A stretch of 64,000 nt of DNA from NCBI RefSeq assembly GCF_039654945.1, contig NW_027361677.1, positions 5,394,001 to 5,458,000 of the forward strand, read 5' to 3'. The position numbers were made by a program, and so were the translations under genes. Shown in pieces: positions 39,187 to 50,908 of this stretch. How positions within the stretch are numbered: position 1 is the first letter of the stretch; each line of letters begins with the position of its first letter. A model generated the notes under the pieces. It saw only the letters and a program-made list of their open reading frames with translations, made no database searches and had not been told where the DNA came from. Origin of the DNA: Dendrobates tinctorius. Lineage: Eukaryota.

Positions 39187-40113
39187 ATGGAGGGCCGCTG
39201 CTGTTTTCCTTTAGATCACATGGATAATCTAGTCAAATCCGTGAGGAATACAATGGGATGCACGGACACAAAGGAGCCGCAGACGACTCAAGAAATCATG
39301 TTTGCAGGTCTGACGGACAAAAAGAGGAGAGTTTTTCCAGTTATTCCAGCAATAAAAGCGCTGGTTAAGAAAGAATGGGAGAGACAGGACCAGAGAGGGT
39401 ATCTTCCCTCAACCTCAAAAAGAAGGTACCCCTTCGACGACGAAGAGTTGTCGACATGGGGTAAGGTCCCAAAGGTAGATGCGGCAGTGGCCTCCGCCTC
39501 AAAGCAAACGGTCTTACCAGTGGAGGACACGGGCATTTTAAAAGACCCGCTTGACCGCAAAGCTGACGCCTCTTTGAAGAGGGCATGGGAAGCAGCTACC
39601 GGCACATTTAAACCGGCAATAGCTAGTACCTGCACAGCTCGTTCTATGCTGGTCTGGATCGATCAACTAGACCAGCAAATAGACCAGAAGATCCCTAGAG
39701 ACAAACTACGAGCCGCCATACCACTAATCCGCGGTGCAGCAGCATATATAGCGGATGCTTCGGCTGATTCCTTACGTATGGCAGCCAGAACAGCGGGGTT
39801 GGCTAATAACGCCAGGCGTAGCCTGTGGCTTAAAAGCTGGAGAGGTGACACTCAGTCCAAAGCAAAACTGTGTACCATTCCTTGCGAGGGTGAGTTCTTA
39901 TTTGGAAGAGCCTTAGATGAAATCCTTACGAAGGCAAAAGAAAGGAAAAAAGGATTCCCTAACCCTCCTCTCCCATTTTATAGGAGGGCGTTTAGGAGAA
40001 GACCCTTCGGCCGGGGAAGATCAGCGGAGAATCAAAACCGCTGGGCCACAAAGGAAGGAAAAGGCAAAGGTGCCATGTTTAGGGGATCCTCCTTCCGCAG
40101 GGACAGGAACTGA
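39187..40113 (+). CDS. DIRS ORF1 (gag-like); frame extends upstream to a CxxC..CxxC motif near 38940-39000
   Basis: 'PKVDAAV', 'LKDPLDRKAD', 'ARRSLWLKSW', 'IPCEGEFLFG..LD'. Confidence 0.88.
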   Translation: MEGRCCFPLDHMDNLVKSVRNTMGCTDTKEPQTTQEIMFAGLTDKKRRVFPVIPAIKALVKKEWERQDQRGYLPSTSKRRYPFDDEELSTWGKVPKVDAAVASASKQTVLPVEDTGILKDPLDRKADASLKRAWEAATGTFKPAIASTCTARSMLVWIDQLDQQIDQKIPRDKLRAAIPLIRGAAAYIADASADSLRMAARTAGLANNARRSLWLKSWRGDTQSKAKLCTIPCEGEFLFGRALDEILTKAKERKKGFPNPPLPFYRRAFRRRPFGRGRSAENQNRWATKEGKGKGAMFRGSSFRRDRN

Positions 40114-40464
40114 GGAGCCGGTCCCTCCAGTAGGAGGGAGACTAAAAAATTTTTTCCGAGAATGGGAGAAAATTACGGCTAGCCCTTGGGTCCTAGGCAT
40201 TATCAGAGACGGGTTAAAAATAGGATTCCATCATATACCCCGTAATTCTTTGATTATAACATCCTTCAGCTCACCAATCCAACAGCAGGCCCTGGAAGCT
40301 GAGATTCGGAATTTACTGGACAAAAAAGTTTTGGTCCATGTGCCTAAGGGGCAAGAAGGGAGAGGATTTTACTCCCCTCTCTGATATCTAAACCAGACGG
40401 ATCGTTCCGGACAATAATCAACCTGAAAAAATTAAATTCATTCATAATAAATCATAAATTTAAG

Positions 40465-42006
40465 ATGGAATCCATAAGATCCACGATTAAGCTCCTCTTC
40501 CCCAATTGTATGATGGCAGGCTTGGATCTGAAGGATGCTTATTATCATATTCCCATCCATTCCAGATATCAGAAATACCTCAGAGTGGCGGTCCTTCTCG
40601 ATGGCAAGATACAGCATCTCCAGTTCACAGCCATGCCATTCGGCATTTCCATCGCACCACGAGTATTTACAAAGGTGATGCTGGAAGTGATGGCTTTTTT
40701 ACGCCAGAAGGACACACTAATAGTACCCTATCTGGATGATTTTCTGATAGTTGGAAATTCATCTCGACAATGTAGTGATCGAGTTGCTGATACAATCTTG
40801 TCCTTACAGGCCCTAGGGTGGATAATAAACTTCAAAAAGTCCAGAATCGAGCCGCAGTCTGTTCAGTCTTTCCTGGATCTCGAGCTAGATTCCATAAGCC
40901 AAAGGTGTCTGCTGTCGCAGGTAAAAATCTCAGCAATTAAAAAGAAGGTTAAGATGGCGATACGTCGGCCACACATGTCTTTAAGGGAAGCAATGTCCCT
41001 TCTGGGATCCCTTACTGCCTGCATCCCGGCAGTTCAGTGGGCCCAGTTCCACACGAGGACGCTACAATACCAAATTCTTTTAGAGGAGTCCCGTGACCGA
41101 GGGAATCTGACAAAGAAAATCACGCTGTCCCAGGAGGTCCTAACATCCCTTGCGTGGTGGCTAAAGGACGATAACCTAACGGCGGGAGTACCTTGGGTTA
41201 TAACACCCTCCCGTATAATTATCACGGACGCTAGCCTCACAGGATGGGGAGCCCATATGGGGAATAACTTTGCCCAAGGCCTATGGGATATAGGTGAAGA
41301 TAAGGATTCGTCAAATTTAAAAGAGCTAAAGGCAGTTTATCATTCATTATTTTATTTTCTTCCACAGTTACAAGGGGAGGACGTGAGAATCCTTTCGGAC
41401 AACACCACCGTAGTCGCTCATCTGAACAGACAAGGCGGAACTCGATCGGTCACCTTAATGTCTTCCACAAGAAGAATTTTATCCCTAGCAGAAGAACATT
41501 TGTTGTCTCTCTCAGCCCTCCACATAAGGGGAAGAGACAACGTGGAGGCAGATTTCCTAAGCCGCCATACACTGCGGCAAGGGGAGTGGTGTCTAAACCG
41601 GGGAATATTCACACACATCGTGTCGCTTTGGGGTCTTCCCCAAATAGACCTCTTCGCCACCAGAAAAAACAGGCAAGTGCGGAGGTTCGCCTCTCTAAAT
41701 GTGTCAGACAGTCCGGAAATTCTGGATGCCCTCCAGGCCCCGTTGCAATTCAAACTGGCATATGCGTTCCCACCAATCATACTACTACCGCAGGTGATCA
41801 GGAAAATCAGAGCAGAGGAAGCACGAATAATCCTAATAGCACCATTCTGGCCCAGGAGGCCGTGGTTTTCATGCCTGCAAGCGATGTCAGTAACAGATCC
41901 ATGGGTGCTTCCCTCAACCCCCAGGCTCCTCTCACAGGGACCTTTTTTCCATCCTCAAGTGGGCAGTCTCCACTTGACTGCCTGGAACTTGAAAGGGAAA
42001 TGTTGA
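40465..42006 (+). CDS. DIRS RT/RNaseH/methyltransferase-like ORF; N-terminal part in another frame (~40120-40384), frameshift near 40380
   Basis: DLKDAY, MPFG, YLDD, TDAS..GWGA, SDNTT, ADFLSR, IDLFAT, YAFPP. Confidence 0.93.
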   Translation: MESIRSTIKLLFPNCMMAGLDLKDAYYHIPIHSRYQKYLRVAVLLDGKIQHLQFTAMPFGISIAPRVFTKVMLEVMAFLRQKDTLIVPYLDDFLIVGNSSRQCSDRVADTILSLQALGWIINFKKSRIEPQSVQSFLDLELDSISQRCLLSQVKISAIKKKVKMAIRRPHMSLREAMSLLGSLTACIPAVQWAQFHTRTLQYQILLEESRDRGNLTKKITLSQEVLTSLAWWLKDDNLTAGVPWVITPSRIIITDASLTGWGAHMGNNFAQGLWDIGEDKDSSNLKELKAVYHSLFYFLPQLQGEDVRILSDNTTVVAHLNRQGGTRSVTLMSSTRRILSLAEEHLLSLSALHIRGRDNVEADFLSRHTLRQGEWCLNRGIFTHIVSLWGLPQIDLFATRKNRQVRRFASLNVSDSPEILDALQAPLQFKLAYAFPPIILLPQVIRKIRAEEARIILIAPFWPRRPWFSCLQAMSVTDPWVLPSTPRLLSQGPFFHPQVGSLHLTAWNLKGKC

Positions 42007-43019
42007 GATCAAGAGGGTTCTCGGAGGGACTAGTCAATACACTCCTACAAAGTCGGAAAATAACAACGACGAGAATTTATACCAGAGTATGGAGAAAATT
42101 CCTAGAGTCCCACACAAGGCCTGAGTCTGGAGGAATCCTGATTACGGCGATCCTAGAATTCCTACAGAAAGGAAAGGAATTAGGGCTAGCTGTCAACACA
42201 CTAAAAGTTCAGGTGTCAACTCTAGGGGCCCTCTATAGCTATAATGTGGCAGGCAATAAATGGATAAGCAGATTCATCGCGGCATGTGAGCGGAGCGAGC
42301 CAGTACACATACCTAGAGTCCCTCCTTGGGATCTGAACCTGGTTCTGGAGGCCTTAACACGTCCGCCTTTTGAACCCTTAGATTCAATTTCCCTTAAACA
42401 CCTATCCTTCAAAACAGCACTGCTAGTTGCACTAACCTCAGCCAGAAGAGTTAGTGACATACAGGCACTTTCAATAGATCCCCCTTTTTTAGTGACGTTA
42501 CAGGATCAGCTAATATTAAAACCAGATCCCTCATACTTACCAAAAGTAGCAGGGAGGTTTCATAGGTCACAAGAAATCCATCTCCCTTCATTTTTTAGTA
42601 ACCCTTCTACTCCAGAGGAAGAAAGATTCCATACACTAGACGTTAGAAGAGCAGTATTACAATACATTGAAAGGTCTAGCAGCTGGAGGAAGAGTAGGGC
42701 TCTATTTGTTTCTTTTCAGGGCCAAAAGAAGGGATGTGAAGTTACAAGGGGTACCCTGTCTCGTTGGATCAGAGATGCGATTGGGCTGGCATACTCAGAG
42801 AGCAATGAGAATCCTCCGGAGGGTGTCAGAGCACATTCAGCCAGAGCTATGGCTTCCTCTTGGGCAGAAAGGGGAGACGTCGCAATCGAATCTATATGTA
42901 AGGCGGCAACCTGGTCTACACCCTCTACTTTTTATAATCACTATAGGCTTGATTTATCATGCTCATCTGACCTAGCCTTTGGTAGAGCGGTCCTCGGCAC
43001 GGTGGTCCCTCCCAGGTGA
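41586..43019 (+). CDS. DIRS tyrosine recombinase, apparently intact
   Basis: 'SARRVSDI', 'RAHSARAM', 'AATWSTPSTFYNHY' (R...HxxR...W...Y catalytic set). Confidence 0.93.
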   Translation: MVSKPGNIHTHRVALGSSPNRPLRHQKKQASAEVRLSKCVRQSGNSGCPPGPVAIQTGICVPTNHTTTAGDQENQSRGSTNNPNSTILAQEAVVFMPASDVSNRSMGASLNPQAPLTGTFFPSSSGQSPLDCLELEREMLRSRGFSEGLVNTLLQSRKITTTRIYTRVWRKFLESHTRPESGGILITAILEFLQKGKELGLAVNTLKVQVSTLGALYSYNVAGNKWISRFIAACERSEPVHIPRVPPWDLNLVLEALTRPPFEPLDSISLKHLSFKTALLVALTSARRVSDIQALSIDPPFLVTLQDQLILKPDPSYLPKVAGRFHRSQEIHLPSFFSNPSTPEEERFHTLDVRRAVLQYIERSSSWRKSRALFVSFQGQKKGCEVTRGTLSRWIRDAIGLAYSESNENPPEGVRAHSARAMASSWAERGDVAIESICKAATWSTPSTFYNHYRLDLSCSSDLAFGRAVLGTVVPPR

Positions 43020-43924
43020 AGGTCTCTGAAAGTCTCTCCAAGTGGGTGCTGTCGTGGCGAAGGGTAAAAAGCCGGATTACTTACCGGTAATGCTCTTTTA
43101 ATGAGTCCACGACAGCACCCGTTCACTAACCCTCCCTAGAAGTTAACATAATGTATATACACCTTCTTAGTTGTGAAGTTAATAACTTAGAATAATTGGA
43201 TAATATAATGGCCTAATATTTGGCAGTCCTCCTGGTACTCTGAAATCCAACTGAGGGGGAGAGGTGGACCGCCCTCTTTTATCTCTGTAGGTTTCCTGTA
43301 CCTATGGGCGGATCCCTCTCTCCAAGTGGGTGCTGTCGTGGACTCATTAAAAGAGCATTACCGGTAAGTAATCCAGCTTATTCCAACTATCAATTGATGT
43401 TGATGTGTTACTGAAGGCGAGCAATGCCTGTCCTGGGCATCCTTAAGGCAGCTATGAGGTGTACCTGACTGGTGCTAAAAAAAAAGAGTGCTATTGTTTG
43501 TGCTACCCAGCTTTCGTTCTTTTTGGTACAGATAAGATATGGATAGACAGATATGGATAAATTAATAGAGCAGATTTCTAATCTGCTTTTGCTATTGAAA
43601 ACATCTATGAGCTCAAAAGCTGATCTGCTTTTGCAGCTGAAAACGTATCCTCAAAAAACGCAGCAAAAACGCTGTGTGTGAATGTAGCCTTAGATGAGGA
43701 ATAGAACAGCCATTTATAGGACATTTCATAACTTTCCCAAATTCCTATGAAAAAATATTCAGCACATTCTGCATTGAACTACTGTACCCAATTTATTATA
43801 TATTTTCGGAGTCGGACCATTTTATTCCGACTCCACCAAAATAAGCTCCGACTCCACGACTCCGACTCCACAGCCCTGGTGTTTATACATATCTGTGGTG
43901 TCCAATGCATTGAATAGGTATTCA

Positions 43925-44660
43925 TGCCTCATGGGTCATTGTCCTGCATGAAGGTGAACCTACACTCTAATCTCGTAAGCTGCAAAAGACTTAAAGGTTT
44001 TCCTCTAGGATTGCCATTTTATTTAGTTCCATCCATCTTCCCTTCAGCTCTGAGCAGCTTCCATGCATCCCCAACAGCATGATGCTGCCACCACCATGTG
44101 CGATGGTGGTGATGGTGTTTTAAGGGTGAAGTGCAGTGTTCATTTTCCACCACACATAGCATCCTCTATTTACTCCTATAATGTCTACTGTAGTCTCATT
44201 GGACCAAAGCACCTTCTTCCACATGATCGATGTGTCCACTAAATGTCTTTTTGCAAACGGTACTTCTTGTGGCTTTTTTTTGCCCCTCTCCCATAAGGGC
44301 CAGATTTGTGGAGTATGAGACTAATAGTTGTCTTGTGGACAGATTCTCCCACCTGAGCTGTGGATCTCTGCAGCTCCTCCAGAGTGACCATGGGCCTCTT
44401 GTTTGCTTATCTAATTAGTACTTGCTTGGACTGTGAGGTTAGGTGGACGGCCATGTTTTGGTAGCTTTATAAGTTGTGCCATATTATTTCCATGTTTAGA
44501 TGACTGACTGTCAGGTGTTCAGAGCTCAGGGTATTTTTTTCATAACCTAACCCTGCTTTACTCTTCTGCACAACTTTATCCCTGACCTGTCTAGTGTGCT
44601 CCTTGTTTTTCATGATGGTGTTTGATCAGTAATGTTTTCAGACAAACCTCTGTGGCCTTC
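43925..44660 (-). pseudogene. Decayed Tc1 transposon fragment
   Basis: The - strand of 44067-44098 encodes HGGGSIMLLG (Tc1 HGGGSIMxWG motif); flanks look like eroded Tc1 transposase. Confidence 0.75.
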
Positions 44661-44805
44661 ACAATGTATCTACCTCTAATTCCTACATAGAAATATAAAA
44701 TAAGTGCAAGTTTTTTGGACTTGGAAGTAAAACATTTTGTATCATATATGCTTGATAATTTAGGGCGCCCTTTATTCTTATATCATTATTTTAAGGCATT
44801 GTGAT

Positions 44806-45942
44806 CTACAATGGCAGTATAAAATCTCGTGACTTATCCTTCTGCTCTGCCTCTGAGTTCATGAACTGGTACCTAAAAGCAGTCAAGGCTTCCTTACAAA
44901 CGTCCTGAATTTGCCTGACTTTCGGGAAGGGTAGAACGTTCCTCCAAACTTCCGATACGTTTCGTGCATTTCTCGGAGTGGTTTCGAAGGCTTCCTTTCG
45001 TTTGCCTGGTCCTTCCCCATGAGTTATATCGTAGATCCATTGACTAAGATGGTCCATCAATTGTAAATTTGCAAATTTATACATCTCCTCCACTTTTTCT
45101 AATGGATTTCTCACCAGATCTTCATACCTGACCAGCATGTATTTCCCTTTTAGGAATGGAGGAGGTTTGTGGGTGGCCGTTTTGTACATAATAACGTGAC
45201 TCTCACAGATTTTCTGTAAGACCTCATAGTTTGTGTCATTTATCTTCGTGCCGTTCGTGTCGAGGACGATGCCATTGTCCCCCGCAAGAGCTCTTGGAGC
45301 CTGTCCGCGAGACTTGCCGACCGCTCGAGGGTCTCGTACCAAATGAAGAATTTTCATTTTTAAGGAAGGGTCTTTGAGAAGAGGATAGAGCACCGTGATG
45401 TCCAAGAATCGAAGCTCTTTCACAACAATGTGGCTGTATTTTTCACATGCCTCTTCCACTTTACTAAAAGAATCGTTTCCGCAAAGTTTCCTACAAGCCA
45501 TTCCATTTGTGATGTTGGAACGAGAAAAGGAATAGCACGCGGGGGGTGAACAGAGAGCTTTGTTGGAATACCAATGGAATAGATTCAAAACTTTCTTCTT
45601 ATTTTCTATGTATGTATCAAACACAGACATATCGCATTTAAAGACCGATCGGACCATGTCGCTTACGGCCATGTGAAGAACGTGGGCACTGTAGCGCGGT
45701 AGGGTCTTCCATATGTGCCAAGCCGGCTCCATCAAGTAGAAGACATCAGGGTGCTGGCTAAAAATCTGACCTAAGAGCGATGATCCAGACCTCCACGTGG
45801 AAAGGATGAGAAGATGAACCTTCCTCAGCTCTTCGATAGTTGGTGAATTAACATATGATTTTTGGTGTAAATTAACCAGGAAAATGATTTGTAGGAATAT
45901 TACTACAGAAATTAAACAGCCCATCACCCTTATCCTGGCCAT
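44806..45942 (-). CDS. N-acetylglucosamine-6-O-sulfotransferase, CHST4/5/6 family, single coding exon, 378 aa
   Basis: Type II TM anchor; 5'-PSB 'STWRSGSS'; 'HPDVFYLMEPAWH'; 3'-PB 'LVRDPRAV..SR'; 'VRYEDLVRNP'; splice acceptor at 45963-45975 just upstream of ATG (ACCATGG). Paralogue not resolvable by eye. Confidence 0.93.
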   Translation of the reverse strand: MARIRVMGCLISVVIFLQIIFLVNLHQKSYVNSPTIEELRKVHLLILSTWRSGSSLLGQIFSQHPDVFYLMEPAWHIWKTLPRYSAHVLHMAVSDMVRSVFKCDMSVFDTYIENKKKVLNLFHWYSNKALCSPPACYSFSRSNITNGMACRKLCGNDSFSKVEEACEKYSHIVVKELRFLDITVLYPLLKDPSLKMKILHLVRDPRAVGKSRGQAPRALAGDNGIVLDTNGTKINDTNYEVLQKICESHVIMYKTATHKPPPFLKGKYMLVRYEDLVRNPLEKVEEMYKFANLQLMDHLSQWIYDITHGEGPGKRKEAFETTPRNARNVSEVWRNVLPFPKVRQIQDVCKEALTAFRYQFMNSEAEQKDKSRDFILPL

Positions 45943-46587
45943 GGTTTCCAAATTACCTCTTTCTGTAAAAAAAACAAAAACACAAATTTAGTTAAATCAA
46001 TTAATAAGAATAAATTGTAAACTGCAAGTTACAAAGGTATACTAGATAAAATGTTAGTAAATCATTAATGTACAAAATCAACCACAACATTTGACACTTC
46101 TATCATCGTCCCCTCCCTAGTCAGGGCCTATCGCTAGGGTTAGGCAGGGATTAGGGTCCTGCTTGGCAATAGGTGCGAAACCTAATTAGGGACGTCAGGA
46201 AAGACAGGGTGTTCTTAGATCTGCCTAGGGGTCTCCACTCCCCCCTTCCCTAGTGTTTGGGCCTCCCCTCCCTTTTCCCGTTGTGCACCTTGCTTCTCCC
46301 TCACCCAGCGTGACTGTGAGTTACTGATTTATTTGAATATACTGTGTGATTATTTTATTTGGCACACAAGCCTTCGAAACGATATAGATTGAAAACAAGA
46401 CTAAAAATCTGGACATTTGGAGAAATAGTATTCAAAAGCTCAGTAGGAATCAAAACTAAATGGATAGAAAAAATGGAAATTGTCACGTTTAGGCTGCGCT
46501 GCGGTAATGAAGAGCCTTGGGATTACAAATTGTTTTTTATTAATACCAACGCGATTTTGCACCGAACCGGCGCCTTTGTCAAGGCAT

Positions 46588-47971
46588 AAAAACAGGATTT
46601 CTGGATTGCTTACCATAAAATCTGTTTCTCGGAGCCTTCACTTGGGGACACAGAAACCATGGGTGTATGCTGCTGCCACTAGGAGGCTGACACTATGTAC
46701 AGAAAAAGGTTAGCTCCTCCTCCGCAGTGTACACCCCACCGACCGGCACTAATTTCCTCAGTGAGAAAGCAGTAGGAGAAGTAACAAAATAGAGTAACAA
46801 CAGAACAGACAACTCAACTGTAACCAACAACCAACAGAAGAACAGGAGTTGCAGAAACATGGGAGGGTGCTGTGTCCCCCCAATGAAGGCTCCGAGAAAC
46901 AGATTTTACGGTAAGCAACCCAAAAATCCTGTTTTCTCTATTGCTTCATTGGGGGACACAGAAACCATGGGACGTCCCAAAGCAGTCCCTGGGGAGGGAG
47001 AAGCAAACTTCCATTAGGTCTGAGAACTCACCACCGCCGCCTGAAAGATCCTTCTGCCTAGGCTGGCGTCCGCCGAAGCGTAGGTGTGGACCTTGTAAAA
47101 TTTGGCAAACGTGTGGATCGAAGACCAGGTTGCAGCTTTGCAAAGCTGCAGCGTGGAGGCTCTGTGGCGCACTGCCAAGGAGGCACTCACTGCCTGGGTA
47201 GAATGAGCTCTAATTCCAGGAGGGGGCACTCGATGCTTGACCCGGTAGGCTTCCAAAATTGCTGATCTGATCCAGCGAGCAATAGTAGCCTTGAAGGCCG
47301 GCTGACCTTTCCGCACACCATCTGGAATGACGAAAATTGAGTCTGTCTTCCGCAAGGGAGCCGTCCTAGCCAGGTAGACCTTCGTCGCCCTGACCAGGTC
47401 TAGCTTGTTCAAGGAGCGCTCCAGAGGGTGGATTGGACCCGGACAAAAGGATGGGAGAACAATGTCCTCATTTAGGTGGAAAGTGGACACCACCTTAGGG
47501 AGAAAGGAAGGCGGGGGCCGCAGGACCACCTTATCCTGGTGGAGCACCAAGAAAGGGGGGCGACAAGAAAGAGCCACCAATTCCGACACACGCCGGATGG
47601 AGGTGATGGCCACCAGAAAGGCTACTTTCCAGGAGAGAAGAGATAGGGAGACTTCTCTGAGAGGTTCAAAGGGTGACCCTTGAAGAGCCTCCAGGACCAG
47701 ATTGAGATCCCATGGATCCACGGGAGCGCGGTACGGAGGTGCCGCATGAGCCACTCCCTGAAGAAAGGTCTTGACCTGCGGACAGGAGGCCAACGTCTTC
47801 TGGAAAAGAATTGAAAGCTAAACTGACACTAAGCTAAACTGAGGAAATTAGTGCCGGTCGGTGGGGTGTATACTGTGGAGGAGCTAACCTTTTTATGTAC
47901 ATAGTGTCAGCCTCCTAGTGGCAGCAGCATACACCCATGGTTTCTGTGCCCCCCAATGAAGCGATAGAGAA
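46588..47971 (-). mobile_element. Internally deleted (1.4 kb) DIRS: both ITRs, ICR and 3' part of YR
   Basis: Same family as 11012-16906; YR ORF 47014-47793 with RAHSTQ; joins directly to the left ITR near 47815-47840. Confidence 0.92.
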
Positions 47972-50641
47972 GCCCAAGTTACTCTGATGGGTAACTTGTT
48001 AAGGGTTATTGTGAGGACACAGCATTGTATCTTAATTAACCAGACACCTATTTTTAGTGTTTCTTTCTGGTTGGTCAAGAAAACAGACTGATAAAAGGGT
48101 CATGGAAAAATGATATTTGCTGATATGTTGATTACACATTGTCCAGGCCAGCTAGTTTGTTTGTTGACTTTTAAAATAGAGAGGAAAAACTATGCAAATA
48201 GATTAAATAATCAAATAATGTGACTTGCTCTCATCACCATTCTTCACTTTTACCTGTGAATACTGGAGGAAGGACATTTGTTAGCTATAAAAAGAGGTTA
48301 CATGCCTCCGTATGAGAGAGGCAGATGTTCAGTCAAAACATCCAAAGGACCAGAGACTCTTTACAGGACAGCACCCCAGACATCATGGCTCCATCATGAG
48401 GAACAGAGATTTGACATTCTACAGGATGCCAGCTTAGGGGATCTTGGGCCCGGCTGGAAGAATACAGATTCTGCTCCATTGCCCATCACTGACTCAAGGA
48501 TACATTTGTGAAAGCCAGTAATGGGACCCTGTGGTCGCCTGGCTCCATGGACATGTTCGGAGAAGCCAGGCTGTGACCCTCAACTGGCCTTGTACCTCAA
48601 TGGACTGTCATCTTCCTAAGCTTGTTGTTACCTTCTCTCTGTGCATGTCACAGGTGGGATAGTCGTCTGCGGAAGCTGAAGCCAAGGTTGTGACCTTCCA
48701 GTCAACTGGCGTTGTACCTAAATGTATTGTCACCGTCCTAAGCTTGTCATTACCTCTTCTCTTGCAATAGGTGGTAGTAGTCGGCCCTGGAAGCTCTGAA
48801 GTCAAAGCTGCTCTTGTCCCAGCGAGTCAGCGGCAGGGTGAGACTCTGTAATGTGGACCATCTTGGGTATTTTGCTAGGACTGTGCTACGTGTTATCTGC
48901 CCGTTCGTGGTTCAATAAAGTATTGCTACTCTGTTTTACCCTCACCCTGTTTTGTCTGAGTAGCATTATGCCCACGGTCATGATCATCATTCTACAGTAT
49001 ATGCTCAATATGATGCATGTAGGATACAACTATTCAATATTGTCCAGTTTGGCAGATTTCATGTACTATATATGGGTGTCTAAAAGGAGTTTCCGAAGAT
49101 CTATGCTCCCTAGCTGCAGTTTGTTTAAAAAAAAACAAAAAACCTATAGCTTTAACCCCCTCCCCAGGTCCAGCACTGAGTCTACTGAGTCTCCACCACT
49201 GCTCCCGGTGTCTGTTACTGTCTGCAACACTAACGCCATATCAAAAGCACTGCAGCTAATCAGCTCAACTTAAGCAGAGCCTTTTGAGCACGATAATTGG
49301 CTGCAGCGATGTCGACGTGACGTCAGCAATAACAAGCAGAGGGAGAAGCTGCAGAGACTCAGCGCTGGACCTGAGAAGGGTGAGAAAAGTGCTGTTTGTT
49401 TTTGCAACAAACTGCAGCCAGAGGATGGATTTTTCTAAAATTCCTTTAAGATGCTGAAATGGAGATAAACTAGGGATTATAATTGTGAAAAAACAGTATT
49501 TAACTGAGGTCCAGGGGTGGACATATCATTGGTGCAGCATGTGCAGCCACACAGGGGACCAAGAGGTGAAAGGACTACTTGACTGCAAAAGTGAACTCAT
49601 CGATCTCTGATGTGCACGGAGATTTTTCAGTTTTCCCTTGGCAGATGGTGTTGTGGAGAGATAGGGGTCAGGGAGTTTGAATTGTAATACCAGGCCATAT
49701 TGTTCTTCATCAGATAAGGCAGAGACATTTGGCAGCGGCTTTTTAAACTTTAAAAATATATGAACGCTGGTCCAGTTATAAATATGGGGATGGCGGGAGA
49801 AATAACTTTTTGTCAGATAAGTGCTCAACTAATATGTGTATGTCCAGCTTAAAGGGAATCTGTCAGCAGAATCTACTCTCCTAAGCCATCCATATTGGCA
49901 CGTAGGTCATAGGAAGCTGAACAAAATGATATTTTGATATCTGCGATCTGATGTTTTATTGCAGAGAAATCCACATTTTTCTTAATATGTAAATGAGCTC
50001 TTAAGATCTATGGGCTGGACATAGATCTCCCTGAGAATCTGCCTCCAGAACTTATGGTAAATGAAAGGAGACATTAATAAAGTTAGACATGTAATGACTG
50101 ACAGTCCGCTCTTCTGGTCCTTTTGCCCCATATTAATAGACCAATGCTAATACAGTATATAGCCATGATAACTGAACTATCTTGTTATAGATAGGGCATT
50201 GGGGCCCACGAACTTCAAGTTAGGCTACTGGAAGCAACAAACAAAATGTATAAAAGAGGTCACAGGTACGGGGGTAAATAATTCAGTAATAGTCTCAACA
50301 ATGGTCAAATGTGATTGGTTTGTTTATGCATTGTATACAACACAGAAGTAATTGATCAAAGATGTAGGTGTATACTGGCCAATAATATACTACAATGTTA
50401 GCGGATAAAAGGATGTCTAAGGGGTAACGGCTCTCCTTGTGTAGCAGGTCAAGCTGGCATAAGGAGACTTATAGGCCATGCAATGTTGCTCTGGGAAATT
50501 ATATATGCAAATGGTCTCTTTGAGGAGGAAGAGGATTTGAACTATAGTGACTCCTAATGGAAGTAACCAACCTAAAAGTCAATATCAATCCTTTAACAAG
50601 CCTTGCCACATGACTTAGTGTCTGGCTTTGGTTGTATCCTA

Positions 50642-50686
50642 TTTGCAGACAAGTGTTTCAGGGTGTTTTCCCCTCCTTAGTGCAAA
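50642..50686 (-). ncRNA. Degenerate minimal hammerhead ribozyme
   Basis: TTTGCA CTAAGGA GGGG AAAACA CCCT GAAAC ACTT GTC TGCAAA. Confidence 0.6.
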
Positions 50687-50863
50687 GCAAGAGATTTGGA
50701 TGGATGAGAAGCTTCTGGTAGGATTTTATGTGTTAATGTCTCTCCTTGTGGAGAGTGCCAAGTTGGTGTAGGGTCTTACACCGACTTGGCACTCTTCACA
50801 ATGAGAGACGTTACTCCTTATAGTCTCTTCAGAGGACTCTCATCCAGCCAACTAATATCTTCC

Positions 50864-50908
50864 TTTGCACTGAAGAGGGGCAAACACCCCAAAATATGTG
50901 TCTGTAAA
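50864..50908 (+). ncRNA. Degenerate minimal hammerhead ribozyme
   Basis: TTTGCA CTGAAGA GGGG CAAACA CCCC AAAAT ATGT GTC TGTAAA. Confidence 0.6.

Larger units (their letters stand above)
37975..43379 (+). mobile_element. Near-intact DIRS retrotransposon of a divergent family
   Basis: ITRs ~37989-38080 vs ~43248-43341; ICR ~43036-43120; ORF1, RT/RH/MT and YR present. Confidence 0.96.
36654..43878 (-). mobile_element. Internally deleted hAT transposon hosting a DIRS element
   Basis: TIRs CAGGGCTGTGAAGTCGG / CCGACTCCACAGCCCTG; perfect 8-bp TSD GTGTTTAT (36646-36653, 43879-43886). Confidence 0.93.
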
